A DNA stretch of 64,000 nt. It comes from Eledone cirrhosa (taxonomy: Eukaryota). Shown here piece after piece: positions 1 through 13,420 of the stretch. The notes below the pieces were generated by a model. It was not told the origin of the DNA. It did no database searches and saw only the letters and a program-made list of their open reading frames with translations. The stretch's first letter is position 1. Each line of letters starts with the position of its first letter. Both the position numbers and the translations under genes were made by a program. Where the stretch lies: positions 188,418,001 through 188,482,000 of the forward strand of contig OZ024741.1 in the NCBI GenBank assembly GCA_964016885.1, read 5' to 3'.

Positions 1-79
1 ATGTACCACTAGAGCTGATTCAAATTTTCCCAGCCAGCCATCCACCTAATCTACGAAGGTATTTTAGCCTACATATTGT

Positions 80-278
80 CGTTAATATTATGATGTTCCC
101 TGCTGTATTAGCGTTAAATTTTCCCTGCTGTATTAGCGATAAATTTTCGAGGGTTTCTCTTAGTAGCTTTTTCATGTCGTTAATATTATGATGTTCCCTG
201 CTGTATTAGCGTTAAATTTTCCCTGCTGTATTAGCGATAAATTTTCGAGGGTTTCTCTTAGTAGCTTTTTTCATGACG
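80..278. repeat. Two tandem ~98-bp units upstream of the RTE ORF
   Basis: gttaatattatgatgttccctgctg...gtagctttttcatg occurs at ~81 and ~179. Each unit contains ttccctgctgtattagcg twice. Confidence 0.9.
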
Positions 279-589
279 TTATTATTGTTAATTTTACTGA
301 TGTAGTATTAACTTGGATATTTACCATGCGACCCTCAGTTCCTACCTCACAATTTCCCTCCCCCCCACCCCCACACACCACCATAGTCTATTCGACCAAT
401 CAAACCTAGCATGCCATTTCCACTGCTGCTGCTGCTACTACCTGCCTAACTAACTCTCTCCTCCTCTGGCGCATCCCAACACACCCTGCCATTACCCCAC
501 CACCACTGTCCTTCTAGCCCTCAATTTTCCCACCGTTAGGGATGGATGAGCTGGGAATACACGAGCAACTCTGAATCAATAGATGAAAT

Positions 590-2824
590 ATGAATCTGCG
601 AGCTACCAAGCACCCACGTGAAGCGCCAACCCAGAGACCCTCCCCTACGAGTGTCGACAAATGCCCAAAACTCCGAGTTGGTACCATCAATGTAGGCTCA
701 ATGAAAGGAAGAGCAGGAGAAATCGTAGAAATGCTAGAGCGAAAGGAAGTTGATGTATGCTGTGTGCAAGAGACTAGATGGAGAGGAGGGTCTGCTAGAG
801 TCCTTGTAGGAAAAAGCCAGTGCTACAAATTTTTCTGGGTGGGAAATGACGATGGGATGGGTGGTGTAGGTATACTATTAGCTGACAAGTGGGTAGATAA
901 AGTAATCTCAGTGTACAGGGTAAATGCAAGAATCATTAAACTCAGACTAGTCCTGAATAAGACAATTACCACAATAATATCAGCTTACGCACCCCAATCG
1001 GGGCTGCCAGACGAACTTAAGGATAGGTTTTACGAGTCCCTAATACACACTACTGCTCTAACAGACGACAAGGACTTCCTAATCATTGCAGGAGATTTTA
1101 ACGGACACGTAGGTAAACACTGCGACGGCTTCAATAGAGTACATGGAGGCCATGGAGTTGGCACAAGGAATGAGGAAGGATTCAGACTTCTAGAATTCTG
1201 CGACGCCAATGACATGTCGATATGTAACACAAACTTTAAAAAACCCGACAACCACCTGATCACCTATAGATCAGGGGAGCACTCTAGTCAGTTAGATTTT
1301 ATCCTCATCAGAGGACGTGACAGATGGACGGTCGTAAACACAAAAGCCTTCCCTAGTGAGGAATGTACATCCCAACATAGCTTAGTTGTCAGCGACCTCA
1401 CGGTCAGAACTAGACGAGCCCTGAAACAGAGGCCAACCTGGAGAAGAAAGATCTGGAAGCTGAAAGTCCCCTCAACCAGTAACAGATTTAAAGATATTTT
1501 ACTCAACGCCTACGACAGTAAAGAAGAACAGATAGAGACATTTAACGTAGAAGAGAACTGGGAGTTCCTAAAAAATAACTTACTAGAGGCGACGGATGAG
1601 GTTTGTGGCTGGAGTAAGACCTCAAGCAGGAGGAGAGTGACTTGGTGGTGGAACAATAAGGTAGATGAAGCAGTCAAGGCCAAGAGACAGGCATGGAAAG
1701 AATGGAAGAACGGGGGGAGCAGGGTACATTACATAGAGACCAAGAGGGAAGCTAGGCGACAAGTATACTTAGCTAGGAGGGAAGCAGAGGATAGAAAATT
1801 CAAGCATGTTTTACAACGTGAGGACCAGAAACAGGAGGTATTCAAGATTGCGAGGCAGTGTGTCAGAGATAGTTGTGATGTCATTGGAGAGAAGTGTATC
1901 CGGAATGATAAAGGTGAGCTTGCCCTCACAAGTGCTGAGAAGAAAGATGCATGGAAGAGTCATTATGATAGATTACTAAATGAGGAGAATGCATGGGAAG
2001 AAGAGACCCTACCCCACGTAGACCCTATAGAGGGACCAGCAGTACAAGTCAGCGGCAGCGTAGTAAGTAAGGCAATCAGAGATATGAAGATAGGGAAGGC
2101 AACCGGTCCATCGGGTATAGCTGCCGAGATGCTGAAGGCATCTGGGTCTGTAGGTCACACTATAACCACACGTATCGTTAACCAGGTAATACTAGAGGGG
2201 GCCATACCAAAAGATTGGTGCAGTAGCATCATTGTCAACTGCTACAAAGGTAAAGGCGATGCACTAGATAGAGGAAACTATAGAGGTATAAAGTTGATGG
2301 ACCAGGTCATGAAAGTAACAGAAAGAGTTATAGCACAGCTGATTAGGGACCGGGTGAATATAGACGAGATGCAATTTGGGTTTGTTCCAGGGAAAGGCAC
2401 CACTGATGCGCTCTTCCTTGTGAGGCAATTACAGGAAAAGTACCTAGCTAAAAGTAAGCCACTCTACTTGGCATTTGTCGACCTTGAGAAAGCCTTTGAC
2501 AGAGTTCCACGTGCAGTAATCTGGTGGGCTCTTAGAAAACTAGGAGTAGATGAATGGCTTGTGAAAGCGGTACAAGCCATGTATAGGGGAGCAGTCAGCA
2601 AAGTTAGGATTGGCAATGAGTATAGCGAGGAATTTAGCGTACAGGTTGGGGTCCACCAGGGCTCTGTTCTTAGCCCTCTCCTGTTCATCATAGTCCTGCA
2701 GGCAATAACGGAGGAGTTTAAGACCGGATGCCCATGGGAACTCCTGTATGCTGATGACCTCGCACTCATAGCTGAATCTATGGTAGAACTAGAGAATAAA
2801 CTAGAGAATAAAGTCACGCAGTAA
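590..2824 (+). CDS. RTE-clade LINE ORF: APE endonuclease plus RT, C-terminus lost by internal deletion
   Basis: 744-aa ORF with APE motifs (TINVGSM, VQETRW, AYAPQ, AGDFNGHVG, LDFIL, SQH) and RT motifs (FVDLEKAFDRV, GVHQGSVLSPLLF, YADD). It stops shortly after YADD. Confidence 0.93.
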   Translation: MNLRATKHPREAPTQRPSPTSVDKCPKLRVGTINVGSMKGRAGEIVEMLERKEVDVCCVQETRWRGGSARVLVGKSQCYKFFWVGNDDGMGGVGILLADKWVDKVISVYRVNARIIKLRLVLNKTITTIISAYAPQSGLPDELKDRFYESLIHTTALTDDKDFLIIAGDFNGHVGKHCDGFNRVHGGHGVGTRNEEGFRLLEFCDANDMSICNTNFKKPDNHLITYRSGEHSSQLDFILIRGRDRWTVVNTKAFPSEECTSQHSLVVSDLTVRTRRALKQRPTWRRKIWKLKVPSTSNRFKDILLNAYDSKEEQIETFNVEENWEFLKNNLLEATDEVCGWSKTSSRRRVTWWWNNKVDEAVKAKRQAWKEWKNGGSRVHYIETKREARRQVYLARREAEDRKFKHVLQREDQKQEVFKIARQCVRDSCDVIGEKCIRNDKGELALTSAEKKDAWKSHYDRLLNEENAWEEETLPHVDPIEGPAVQVSGSVVSKAIRDMKIGKATGPSGIAAEMLKASGSVGHTITTRIVNQVILEGAIPKDWCSSIIVNCYKGKGDALDRGNYRGIKLMDQVMKVTERVIAQLIRDRVNIDEMQFGFVPGKGTTDALFLVRQLQEKYLAKSKPLYLAFVDLEKAFDRVPRAVIWWALRKLGVDEWLVKAVQAMYRGAVSKVRIGNEYSEEFSVQVGVHQGSVLSPLLFIIVLQAITEEFKTGCPWELLYADDLALIAESMVELENKLENKVTQ

Positions 2825-3169
2825 TACAGGGTACCCGACCTCCCATGGGTACATGCTGAAGCATATAAACAATATGCCCCCCCCCCCCCACCGCAAGGTG
2901 GTCGTGGAGGTGCCACGGCAAAAAAGCACCCAGCCCACACTGTAAAGTGGACGTGTAGGCGCCACGAAAAAGCACCCAGCACTCACTGTAAATGAGGTTG
3001 GTGTTAGGAAGGGCATTCAGCTGTAGAAATCAAGCCAGATCAGTTCCTGTATGAGCAAGGCATGGTCAGCCGACCAGACACTGCCCACAACAGGACAACC
3101 CGTCTAACCCATGCTAGCGTGGAAGAACGGACGTAAAACGGTGATGATGATGATGATGATGATGATGAT
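590..3169 (+). mobile_element. RTE LINE, subfamily A, near full-length 5' part, with 3' UTR and (GAT)n tail
   Basis: ORF followed by a 3' UTR matching the minus copy at 41197-41553. Tail gatgatgat at 3143-3169. 5' boundary not determined. Confidence 0.92.
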
Positions 3170-3389
3170 ATATATTTTAAGAAGGAGTAATGTTCTATAC
3201 AAAACAGGGGTTATAAAGAAAAACTGGAATTGGAAATAGCATGGAAAATATATTTAAGGATCTGTTTTTCTTTTTTTTCTTTTTTTCTTCTTTGATTCAT
3301 CAAAGTGGCATTATTGTAAAAATGAGAGGAACAATTCTTTAAAAAAAAAGAGTTATATAATGTATAGAAAATATAACGGGTTTCAATGT

Positions 3390-3431
<42 letters not shown>

Positions 3432-3657
3432 AATTAGACATAGGTTTTAAGAAATGAGAAGAAGAAATTAGTCTTTTTGCTGATGAAGAAAAGTACATGT
3501 TAAAAAACGACATCAAGATAACACTGACAGACAATGATGCTATGATGGTATCTCTTATGTGGACCTCTGTAACCACAGCTGATGCTACTCTACCAACACA
3601 GACTAAAGCAAGACTTTTCAAGCACAGATCCCTAGTCTTCTGAGAAATATAGATGCC

Positions 3658-3660
<3 letters not shown>

Positions 3661-3750
<90 letters not shown>
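3661..3750. repeat. (CA)n microsatellite
   Basis: ~90-bp near-perfect CA run. Confidence 0.97.
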
Positions 3751-3752
<2 letters not shown>

Positions 3753-4859
3753 CCAGTTTAAGATAAGTACACTGTACATCCTTGCATGAAAGCGTTGGTA
3801 TCAGGAAAGGCATACATTGCCTCAAAAAATCTCATCCGACCCATGCCACCATGGAATAGTTGATGCAAAAACGATGAGGATATGAAATATATATCTGGTT
3901 ACTCTTGAGCCCTACTGATAACATGCAACCCAGTATAACTTGTTGCCTGATCAAAACAGTTGCAACTAAACTGGAAACCCTAACAAGCCTACATGATGAG
4001 AAGGATGATTTTTGAACACCACATCATCCTACAAAATATTTATCAACTAGCAAGCACTGAAATCACAACGTTCAGATTTGAATTTTGTTCTTCCTAAATT
4101 TAATCCATCTTGTAATGATTTAACTGAAAATTTCTAAAAACGTTTTTAGATTTGTTTTGCAAGATTCTTGATGTGACAACATGACCCTCCCAAAGTAAAA
4201 CAATTTCTAAAGGTGGTTTTGTTAATTCAAATATTTATAGTATCTTTACTGGTGGACAGATGATTCTTGTTAAAATTTGTAGTAAACTAAAGACTTTCAT
4301 TTTTAATGTGATGCAGTCATAGTTCTGTTTTGTACTTTTCAAGAATAAATTGCTAATGCAGTTTCATGTGGTACAGGATGCTAAAAGTTAAAATAAATTA
4401 TCTGCAAAAGCTTGTGTCATTGAGAATTACCTAATGCTGTGTTCACTTTTCTCCACTTTGAGATTAGATTTTGCTGTGTGAAAAACGTCAATGTCATATT
4501 CTGGATTAATTCTAACTTAAACTCACTTCAAATTAATTATTTCATTATACCATTAATTGAAAAACTGTAGAAACTGTGTCAGGTTGCTTTGTGAAAGCAA
4601 TGTTTCACAAATAATCAACAGCATCTTTCTATAACCAATCAACAATCTTTCAACAAGAATGTAAGCATACAAATTGTGTTTGGAACACATTAATTCTTCT
4701 CATAATTACCAAAGATTTTTTCACAATTCATATAAAAAATATTAAACTCTTTTCTCAAATACTCATTCACCTTTGAATTCTTGTAATTTCAAAGTTGTTA
4801 TAAATAGTTCTCACAATCCAATGAATCTTCTTTTTTTAACACATTATTTGCACTGATAA

Positions 4860-5585
4860 GAAATGCATAGTATGCAAGCTAAGCCTGCAAACTAACTGTA
4901 AAACTAAATGTAGTATATAGCATAAAATGTATGGAGGGACAGTGTAGGAATAAGAACATAACTAACATGGGTGAGACAACCTGTAGCATAGGAAAAAGTA
5001 TAAATGAAAACTGGTGAGAACTCCAAGATGGGAAGAACTCATCAATAATCCACCAACATGCCAAAATGGAACATGAGGGCACACTAGAGGTAAAGATCAT
5101 ATCAACACACAGAAAAGATGCAATGCTCCAACAGATTACAGAAGCAACAAACATAAATGAACTCCAACCAAAATTAAACAGAAAACATGAGTGGAATAGT
5201 AACAACATCACAACTAGTTATTAAGGACAAAATAAAGACATACAAAGATACATAAGACCCAAACTAATAAAACCAGACACACCCAGATAGAACAAACAAA
5301 CAAACAACTAGTGACAAGTAAATAAACGTATAAATAAATAGATAAATAGAAACACAGACACACCCAGATATAACACATGCACAACCCAAATACACAGCAC
5401 ACGACACACAAAAACAAGATGGCGTAGGACAGAACAAAGTAGAGACAAAAATAACAAAAGAGCTTTGGAAATAAACAAACAACAATCCGGTGATTAAACC
5501 AACTGGAAATTAATAATAAATTGAAGTGAAAAACAACAGGTGCATGTGTTTTTATTGGTAGCATGACCCTTCCAAAGTATAACTA
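4860..5585 (+). mobile_element. Decayed PLE 3' part: GIY-YIG relic and 3' UTR
   Basis: + translation NVVYSIKCMEGQCRN..NMGETTCSIG..HQHAKMEH..KIISTHRKD..QITEA..PKLNRKHEWN aligns with the C-terminus of ORF 46119-48143. The end catgacccttccaaagtataac matches 34212-34232. Confidence 0.85.
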
Positions 5586-5680
5586 TATATATATATATTT
5601 ATATATATACAGAGAGAGAGAGATAAAGGGATTTAAAAGAGTCAAAGTCAGTGTTGCATATATATACAAACTTTATTTGC

Positions 5681-5765
5681 ATATTACAATTGTTTCAATA
5701 TCGATCAGTTCAGGGTACAATCAAGGTGACGGGACCAGACTCTTTTTCGACATTTCATCAGATAT
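5681..5765 (-). ncRNA. Type I hammerhead ribozyme with long helix II
   Basis: Minus strand reads auau-CUGAUGA-aaugucga...ucgauauu-GAAA-CAAUUG-UA-auau. Intact core, 8-bp helix II base, GUA triplet. Confidence 0.8.
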
Positions 5766-5974
5766 GCGAGCTTATATGTGCAAAGACACAGCATTGAGTG
5801 CTTCGAACAGCGCACCACCTACAACTGTTGTTATACACCTATATGCATATATATACACACACACATATGAGTGTAAGAGATGTCAACATGAATGGACCTG
5901 TTATTTTTATCTAAAGACATTTTTTTCCAATTCCATCCTGCCCGTCCTCTCAATCTATCTTATTTCTCATTCTT

Positions 5975-6010
5975 TCTTCTGATGAAAGACTAGCGTCCGA
6001 AACGTTAAGA
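5975..6010 (+). ncRNA. Minimal type I hammerhead ribozyme (Penelope type)
   Basis: ucuu-CUGAUGA-aagac uagc gucc-GAAA-CGUU-aaga. Helix I ucuu/aaga, palindromic ACGU helix III. Confidence 0.8.
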
Positions 6011-6164
6011 CCCTCTTCCTGCTATATCAAGCGTTAACCTAATATATACCTTCCATATACTGTACCGATTGTGTTGTTATTTCTGTTTACCTTTTACATG
6101 CATCATCATCATCATCATCATTTTACGTCCACTTTTCCCTGCTTGCAAGGGTGGGACAGGAACT

Positions 6165-6783
<619 letters not shown>

Positions 6784-6785
<2 letters not shown>

Positions 6786-8417
6786 CATCATCATCATCAT
6801 CATCATTTTACGTCCGCTTTTCCCTGCTTGCAAGGGTTGGACAGGGTTCTATTCAGCACAGTATCTCTACACTTGTCACGGTCTTACATCATCTCCTCAG
6901 TGAGTTTCACCGATCTGAGGTCTGCTCTCACCACCTCCGCCCATGTTTTACGTGGTCTACCACTTCTGCATCTTCCTTCTAATAGGATTTCTTGGCACTT
7001 CTTTACCCAGCGGTCATCCTCCATGTGCATCACATGTCCATACTATCTCAGGCTTCTCTCCTGAACACCACAACTTATCCCTCTTATACCCAGTTTCTTT
7101 CTCAACTCGTCTATGCTTGGTCGTTCACACACATTGACATTGCACATCCAACGGAGCATGCTTGCTTCATTTCTCTCCAGCCGTCGCATATCCTCTGCAG
7201 TTGCCGCCCATGTCTCACTACCATGCAGCATTACACATCTCACACAGGCATTATATAACCGTCCTTTCGTATGCAGGGAGAAACCCTTCTTTGTGAACGA
7301 AGGAAGCAGCTCCCTTCCCTAAACTTCTTCCAACCCGTCCTTATTCTAGATACTATGGCATCGGAACACCCCCTCCCATGCTAATCTGATCACCTAGGTA
7401 CCGGAAGCTGTCAAGCATTTCTATAGAACACACCTGCATTGGAAAAATGTGTCTATCACTGCGATTAATACTGCCAACTTTCCCTGTACATCTACTGCAT
7501 ACGTAGTTTTCCCTACCTGTTAGTTTTCCTGCTATCCCACTACATCTCTTGTGTACCAAAGATCTGCATTGTGTACATTTTATGGAATTTATGCCAATTC
7601 CTTTCCTACATATCGAACATGGCCATTTCCCTGATGGAATCGGAGTATTGTCCTCTCTTCTACTTATCAAGACTTTTGTTTTAGCTATGTTCACTCTCAG
7701 TCCTCTTGATTCCAACTGCTGTTTCCATAGCCAGAATTTATTCTCTAGCTCCTCTACTGATTCTGCTATAAGAACCAGATCATTAGCATAGAGAAGTTCC
7801 CATGGGTATCCAGTCTTAAACTCCTCTGTTATGACTTGGAGGACTATAATGAACAAGAGCGGGCTGAGGACTGAACCCTGATGTACACCTACTTGTATCT
7901 GGAATTCTTCACTAAACTCCATACCTACTCTCACTTTACTGACAGCACCCCTATACATAGCTTGCACTGCCCTCACAAGCCATTCCCCTACACCTAGTTT
8001 CCTTAGGGACCACCAGATGACAGATCGGGATACCCTATCAAAGGCCTTCTTAGGTCAACAAAAGCTAAGTATAGTGGCTTATTCTTCTCTAAGAACGTCT
8101 CTTGTAATTGCCTCACTAAGAAGAGAGCATCTGTTGTACTTTTCCGAAGCACAAAACCAAACTGCATCTCATCTAATTTGACCCTTTCTCTAATCAGTTG
8201 CGCTAATATTCTCTCTGCCACTTTCATAACCTGATCCATCAGCTTTATGCCCCTATAATTGCTCCTCTAGAGCATCCCCTTTACATTTGTAGCAATTTAT
8301 GAGAATACTGCTGCACCAGTCTTTGGGTATGACACCACCATATATAACTTGATTGATGATGCGTGAAACCAGTTTAATGCCTACTTCACCTGATGCCTTC
8401 AGCATCTCAGCAACTAT
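6784..8417 (-). mobile_element. 5'-truncated RTE LINE, subfamily B, very short 3' UTR, frameshifted
   Basis: Minus ORF fragments 8003-8239, 7353-7976 and 7043-7243 with RT motifs and a PHD finger. (CAT)n tail at 6784-6806. Confidence 0.92.
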
Positions 8418-8519
8418 CTATACGAAAATTAAACATATATGTATGTATATACATATATGTTTAATTTTCAAATACATACATATATATATGCTAACATGGA
8501 AAATGGATGATAAAACAAC

Positions 8520-11150
8520 AACCATGCTCGTATGGGTTAGACAAGTCCTTTTAAGCACAGCATCTTTCCACTTGTCTCATTCCTTTGTCATCTCCAAGTT
8601 TCAGTAATTTGAGATCAACTTTCACCATCTCTACACAGGTCTTCCTTGGTCTACCTCTACTGCAGCTTCCTTCCACTAGGATTTCCTGGCACTTCTTCAT
8701 CCAGTGATCATCATCCATGCACATCATATGTCCATACCAAACCAATACAGTCTTCTCTTTTGCATACCACCTCAGATTCCTTGTAAAACTAATTTCTCTC
8801 TCGGTTCATCCAAGCTCTGCCTTTCTCATACAGTTACATTGCACATCCATCGAAGCATGGCTCCTTCCTTTCTTTCCAGCTTACATATGTCCTTTACAGT
8901 CACTGCCAATGTTTCACCACTATGCAACATTGCATTTCACACACAGGCATCATACAGCCATTCTTTTGTACATAAGGAGAAACCTTTTGTGTGAGTAGCT
9001 CTCTAAACGTTTCCCATTCTAGCTATTATGCTCTTGGAACACCATCCTCCACTACAGAAGCTATCAACCACTTCTATGGATCCTTCATGTAATTGGAAAA
9101 GGTTTATATCACTGACACTCTTTCCGTCATGCTTCTTCCACATACAAAGTCTTTCCTTCCTGTTAGTCTGCCTGCTATCCCACTACATCTCTTGTGTATC
9201 CAAGATTTACATTATGTACATCATATAGAGTTTATGCCTACTCCATTTCTTCATATTGAACAGGGTCACTTCCTTGAAGGAATCAGTGTTCTATATTCTT
9301 TCCTGCTTACTAGGACTTGAGCTTTGGCTAAGTTAACTCTCAGCCCTTTTGATTCCAAATTCTGTTTCTATAGTTGGAACTTATTCTTTAGATCTTTTAT
9401 AGATTTAGCTATAAAACATCAGCATAGAGAAGTTCCCATGAACAACCAGTCTTAAATTCCTTTGTTATGGCCAGGAGAACTATAATGAATAGCAGTAGGC
9501 TAAGAATTGAAACCTGACAAACTCCTACCGGTACCTTGAATTCTTCACTAAACTCAATTCTTACTCTCACTTTACTGACAACTCCTCTGTACATGGCTTG
9601 CACCACTCTCACAAGCCATTCTTCTACACCTAATTTTCTTAAGTACCACTAGTTAATAGATTGAGGGACTCTGTCAAAGGCTTTTTCTGGATCAACAAAA
9701 GCTACATATAGCAGTTTATTCTTGGCAAAAAACTTTTTATAGTTGTCTCACTAAGAGGAGGGTATCTGTAGTACTTTTCCCAGATATAAAACTGAACTGC
9801 ATCTTATTCAATTTGACTTTTTCCATAATTAGCTGTGCTATAACTCTTTCCTTCATTTTCATAACTTGGTTCATTAGTTTTATCTCTCTGTAGTTGCTCC
9901 TTTCTAGAGCATCACCTTTACCCTTGTAGCAATTTATGATTGTACTGTTGCATCAACCATTGGGTATGACTCTGTCCTGTATTACCTGATTGACTATATG
10001 GTTTACTAGTTTGGTTCCTACTTCTCCCAATGCTTTTAGAATCTCAGCAACTATTTCTGATGGCCCCACAGTTTACCATTCTTCATTTTCTTGATTGTTT
10101 CTTTGACCCTATAATTGTCAATTTCAATAGCAATCCCTCTGTTGTGTAAGTCAGGGGTAGTCTCCCTTCCTCCCATTCATTCTCTACATTTATCAACCTT
10201 TCATATAACATTTCCTGGCCTCTTTCCCTTTAGCATCAGTGGGACTAAGTGCACCAATGTCATTTCTAACACACTTTTTCCTCCCCACAACATCTTGATT
10301 GACACTGACACACTTCCTTGCAATGTGGAATACCTCATGTCTCTGATCCTCATGTCGTAAGATATTGGCAAACTATCTTTTTTTAGCCTCTCTCTGAGCT
10401 GTGTATACCTGTCACCTAGCTTCTATCTTAGCTACTTAGTACTGGTTTCTACTACACCCATTTTCCTAGTCTTTTCATGCCTGTCTTTCAGCTTTAATGG
10501 CTCTATCCACTGTGCTGTTTCACCACCAGGTCACCCTCTGTCTGGCTGGTGCTTCACACCAGCCATAAGTCTCATCAGTAGTTCACAAAAGGTTGCCACA
10601 TAAGAATTTCCAGTTGTCCTCTATGTTATATGTACCTAGCTCATCATCCCTCATATCAAATGCATCCTGTAGGGCCTTTTTAACTCTGTCTCCATATTTC
10701 CCTGCATACCTTGTTCTGTCTTGTGTTTATTCTCATGTCACAAATAGCTAACTTGTGTTGGGCAGGACATTTTCCCTGGGGAAGGCCTTAACGTTTATAA
10801 CTGTCCGTCTCATTGTCTTACGAGTAAGAAATCAATTTGACTTGTGTGTTCGCCTGATTGGTATGGGATCAGATGGCTAGCAAGTTTCCTGAAATTTCTG
10901 TTGCAAATGGTTAGTTCATTTGCATCACAGAATTCCAAGAGCCTCCCTTCCTCTTCATTTCTTGAACCATAACCATAGCCATCGTGAACTCCAGTTAATC
11001 GATCCTCGTACTGTCCAAGAGTCCATTGAAGTTCCCTGCTAAGATGATGAGGTCTCTTTCATCAGTAACTGAGGTTGTTTGTAAAAGTTCCCTGTAGAAC
11101 CAGCCCTTTAGCTCTTTACTCAGTCCTTCCGGTAATGCATAGGTAGAAGT
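8520..11150 (-). mobile_element. Older decayed RTE LINE (APE C-half, RT, PHD, C-terminus)
   Basis: Minus fragments 9409-9612 (LLYADVL) and 8551-8745 (WYGH..GRPRKT). APE-like sequence to ~11150. Many stops and indels. Confidence 0.88.
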
Positions 11151-11566
11151 AATATATATTTATATATATATAAACAAAATTTGTTTTCGCTCTAGCATGG
11201 TGGATACATAAATGCATTCATGAGTGAATAATAATAATATTATTAATATTCAGTTTGTTTGCAAGAAAACAGCCTCATTACATTATGTGTTCAAGATGAC
11301 TAACAACATCCTAAATATATTCTTACATAAACTGGAAATATTCTCCGAATTTGTAGAAAACTTATAATGAAACAATTGTTTGGAAAGAGAGATATATTTT
11401 AACTTTAATTATATCTCGTAAAATAATACAACTGGCTTTTCCACATAATACATATTGTTAGCACCCCAAACACTTAAATTGGGTTTATATTAAAATATAA
11501 CCTAATGTTTGTTGAGTGAGATGGTTACCAGTCAGAGATTAGCTTTAAACTATCTCTGTTATTGTA

Positions 11567-11649
<83 letters not shown>

Positions 11650-12926
11650 CATGCACACATATGTACACAAAATTACATACACACATACATACACACACAT
11701 ATATATATAAAAAAGCACACTACATGCATACGCACACCCACAAATATACATACATATATACATGCAGACATATATACACCTACATACACATACGGACACG
11801 GACGGCCACATGCAGACACATGCACATATGCATATTTGCTTACACACATGTTTCCACATATACATATATAAACAAAACCGTAAAATAAAAATACATTATA
11901 TAATAAAAACCACAATATACCATGAAATAACGGTAAAATAACATAACATAAAATATCAATATAGTATACAATATAATATATATATATCTATATATACATG
12001 CACACACATCCACACATACATATACGGATATATACAAAGGATATATGATAAAATAATAAAAATAATAGTAATAAAATGTATATATAATCTATATATAATC
12101 CATCCGTACACATTCCTGTGAGATGTACACAAACATATACATGTATACACAAATACACATATATAGAGGCCCACATATGCATACACCCGCACCCACACAT
12201 TTATATATACATACGCACCCACATACACACACACATACTCATACGTAGCTATACGTACATACACACACACATATATATATATATATACACACTCAGCCAC
12301 ATACGTACATACATGTACATGCATGCACACACACACACGCTCATAAACTCATGCATATACGTACACATGCACATATACACACCCACATATATATATATAT
12401 ATATCTACATACACACTTACATACATATACCTACGCACAGGTCTACACATAAAAACACACATATATAAACACAATAGGATAATAAAATAAAATAAATTTA
12501 CAATATTTTAGAATACATCAAAATCTGTATGTAACTTCACAAAGAAATACATAAAAAGGGGTAAATAAAAAATGAGGGGGGGGGGAGGTACAGGAGGTGC
12601 GTGTATTCATGTGATATACTACACACAGGTAGTATGAGGTGCAAACTTAGGTCCGTCAGTAATAATCATTGTTCCAAAGGGGAACATGTGGAGAGTATAT
12701 AGTCACGATTGACGGGGTACACATTCAAGGGGACGCCAGGCCCGGTCACCATGGGGCATGGCACCATGGCTGACGTGTGCTGTTCTACATGTTTGGGGTA
12801 TCGGACCGGGCGACCGTGGGCCCCGTGTTAGCCGGTCCCAGCCTAGGCGATGTACCTGCCCAATGTTGCGTGCTCGGTCAGGTGCACCCCTGGTTTACAT
12901 ATGTTTTCCACACGGGTCGCACAATG

Positions 12927-13420
12927 TCATCGGGGCATGGCGTTAGGTCCCCTAATCCCGTTGGGCCGTTCGGGTCTGCGCGTACCCGTTCCCATGCCCC
13001 CGACCTGCGCCACCCGGAGGATTCCATGCTGCAAATGTGCATCTTCTCTGGTGTCTCGGGTCATGATAATTTCAGACTTCAGGTTGACGGCGTCGTCCTT
13101 CAGTCTGACTATCTCCATGGCCTCATGTAGGCATAATCGGCACTTTCTACTTCCAGCTGAACATGCCAGGGCGTACGGAGTGCCTTGGTCTTTCAGGTCC
13201 CACACCAGGTCCGCTAACCTAGTGGAGTGCCTTTTGCTTCGGTCCCTGAAGGAATTTGTGTGATTATACATCTACGATTTAAAGGTCGTGGATGTTGCGC
13301 CGATGTAGGTGCGATGCGCATTTTGGGTTGTAACCACACACTTGTATATCAGGTCCTTCATCAGGCATTTTCCCTGTAGGGGGCACTGGGTGCCCCTTCT
13401 GCAGTTACAAGTTCTGTTGT
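12927..13420 (-). pseudogene. PLE GIY-YIG endonuclease relic (Nematis-like, tentative)
   Basis: CNCRRGTQCPLQGKCLMKDLIYKCVV..TYIGATSTTFKS*MYNHTNSFRD..STRLADLVWDLKD..CRLCLHE, homologous to ORF 35823-36497. Confidence 0.85.

Noticed and set aside
11290-11385. Fifth long-helix-II hammerhead (aagatga...gaaacaattgt)
   Set aside because: Only the helix III half matches. The CUGA core and helix I are not convincing.
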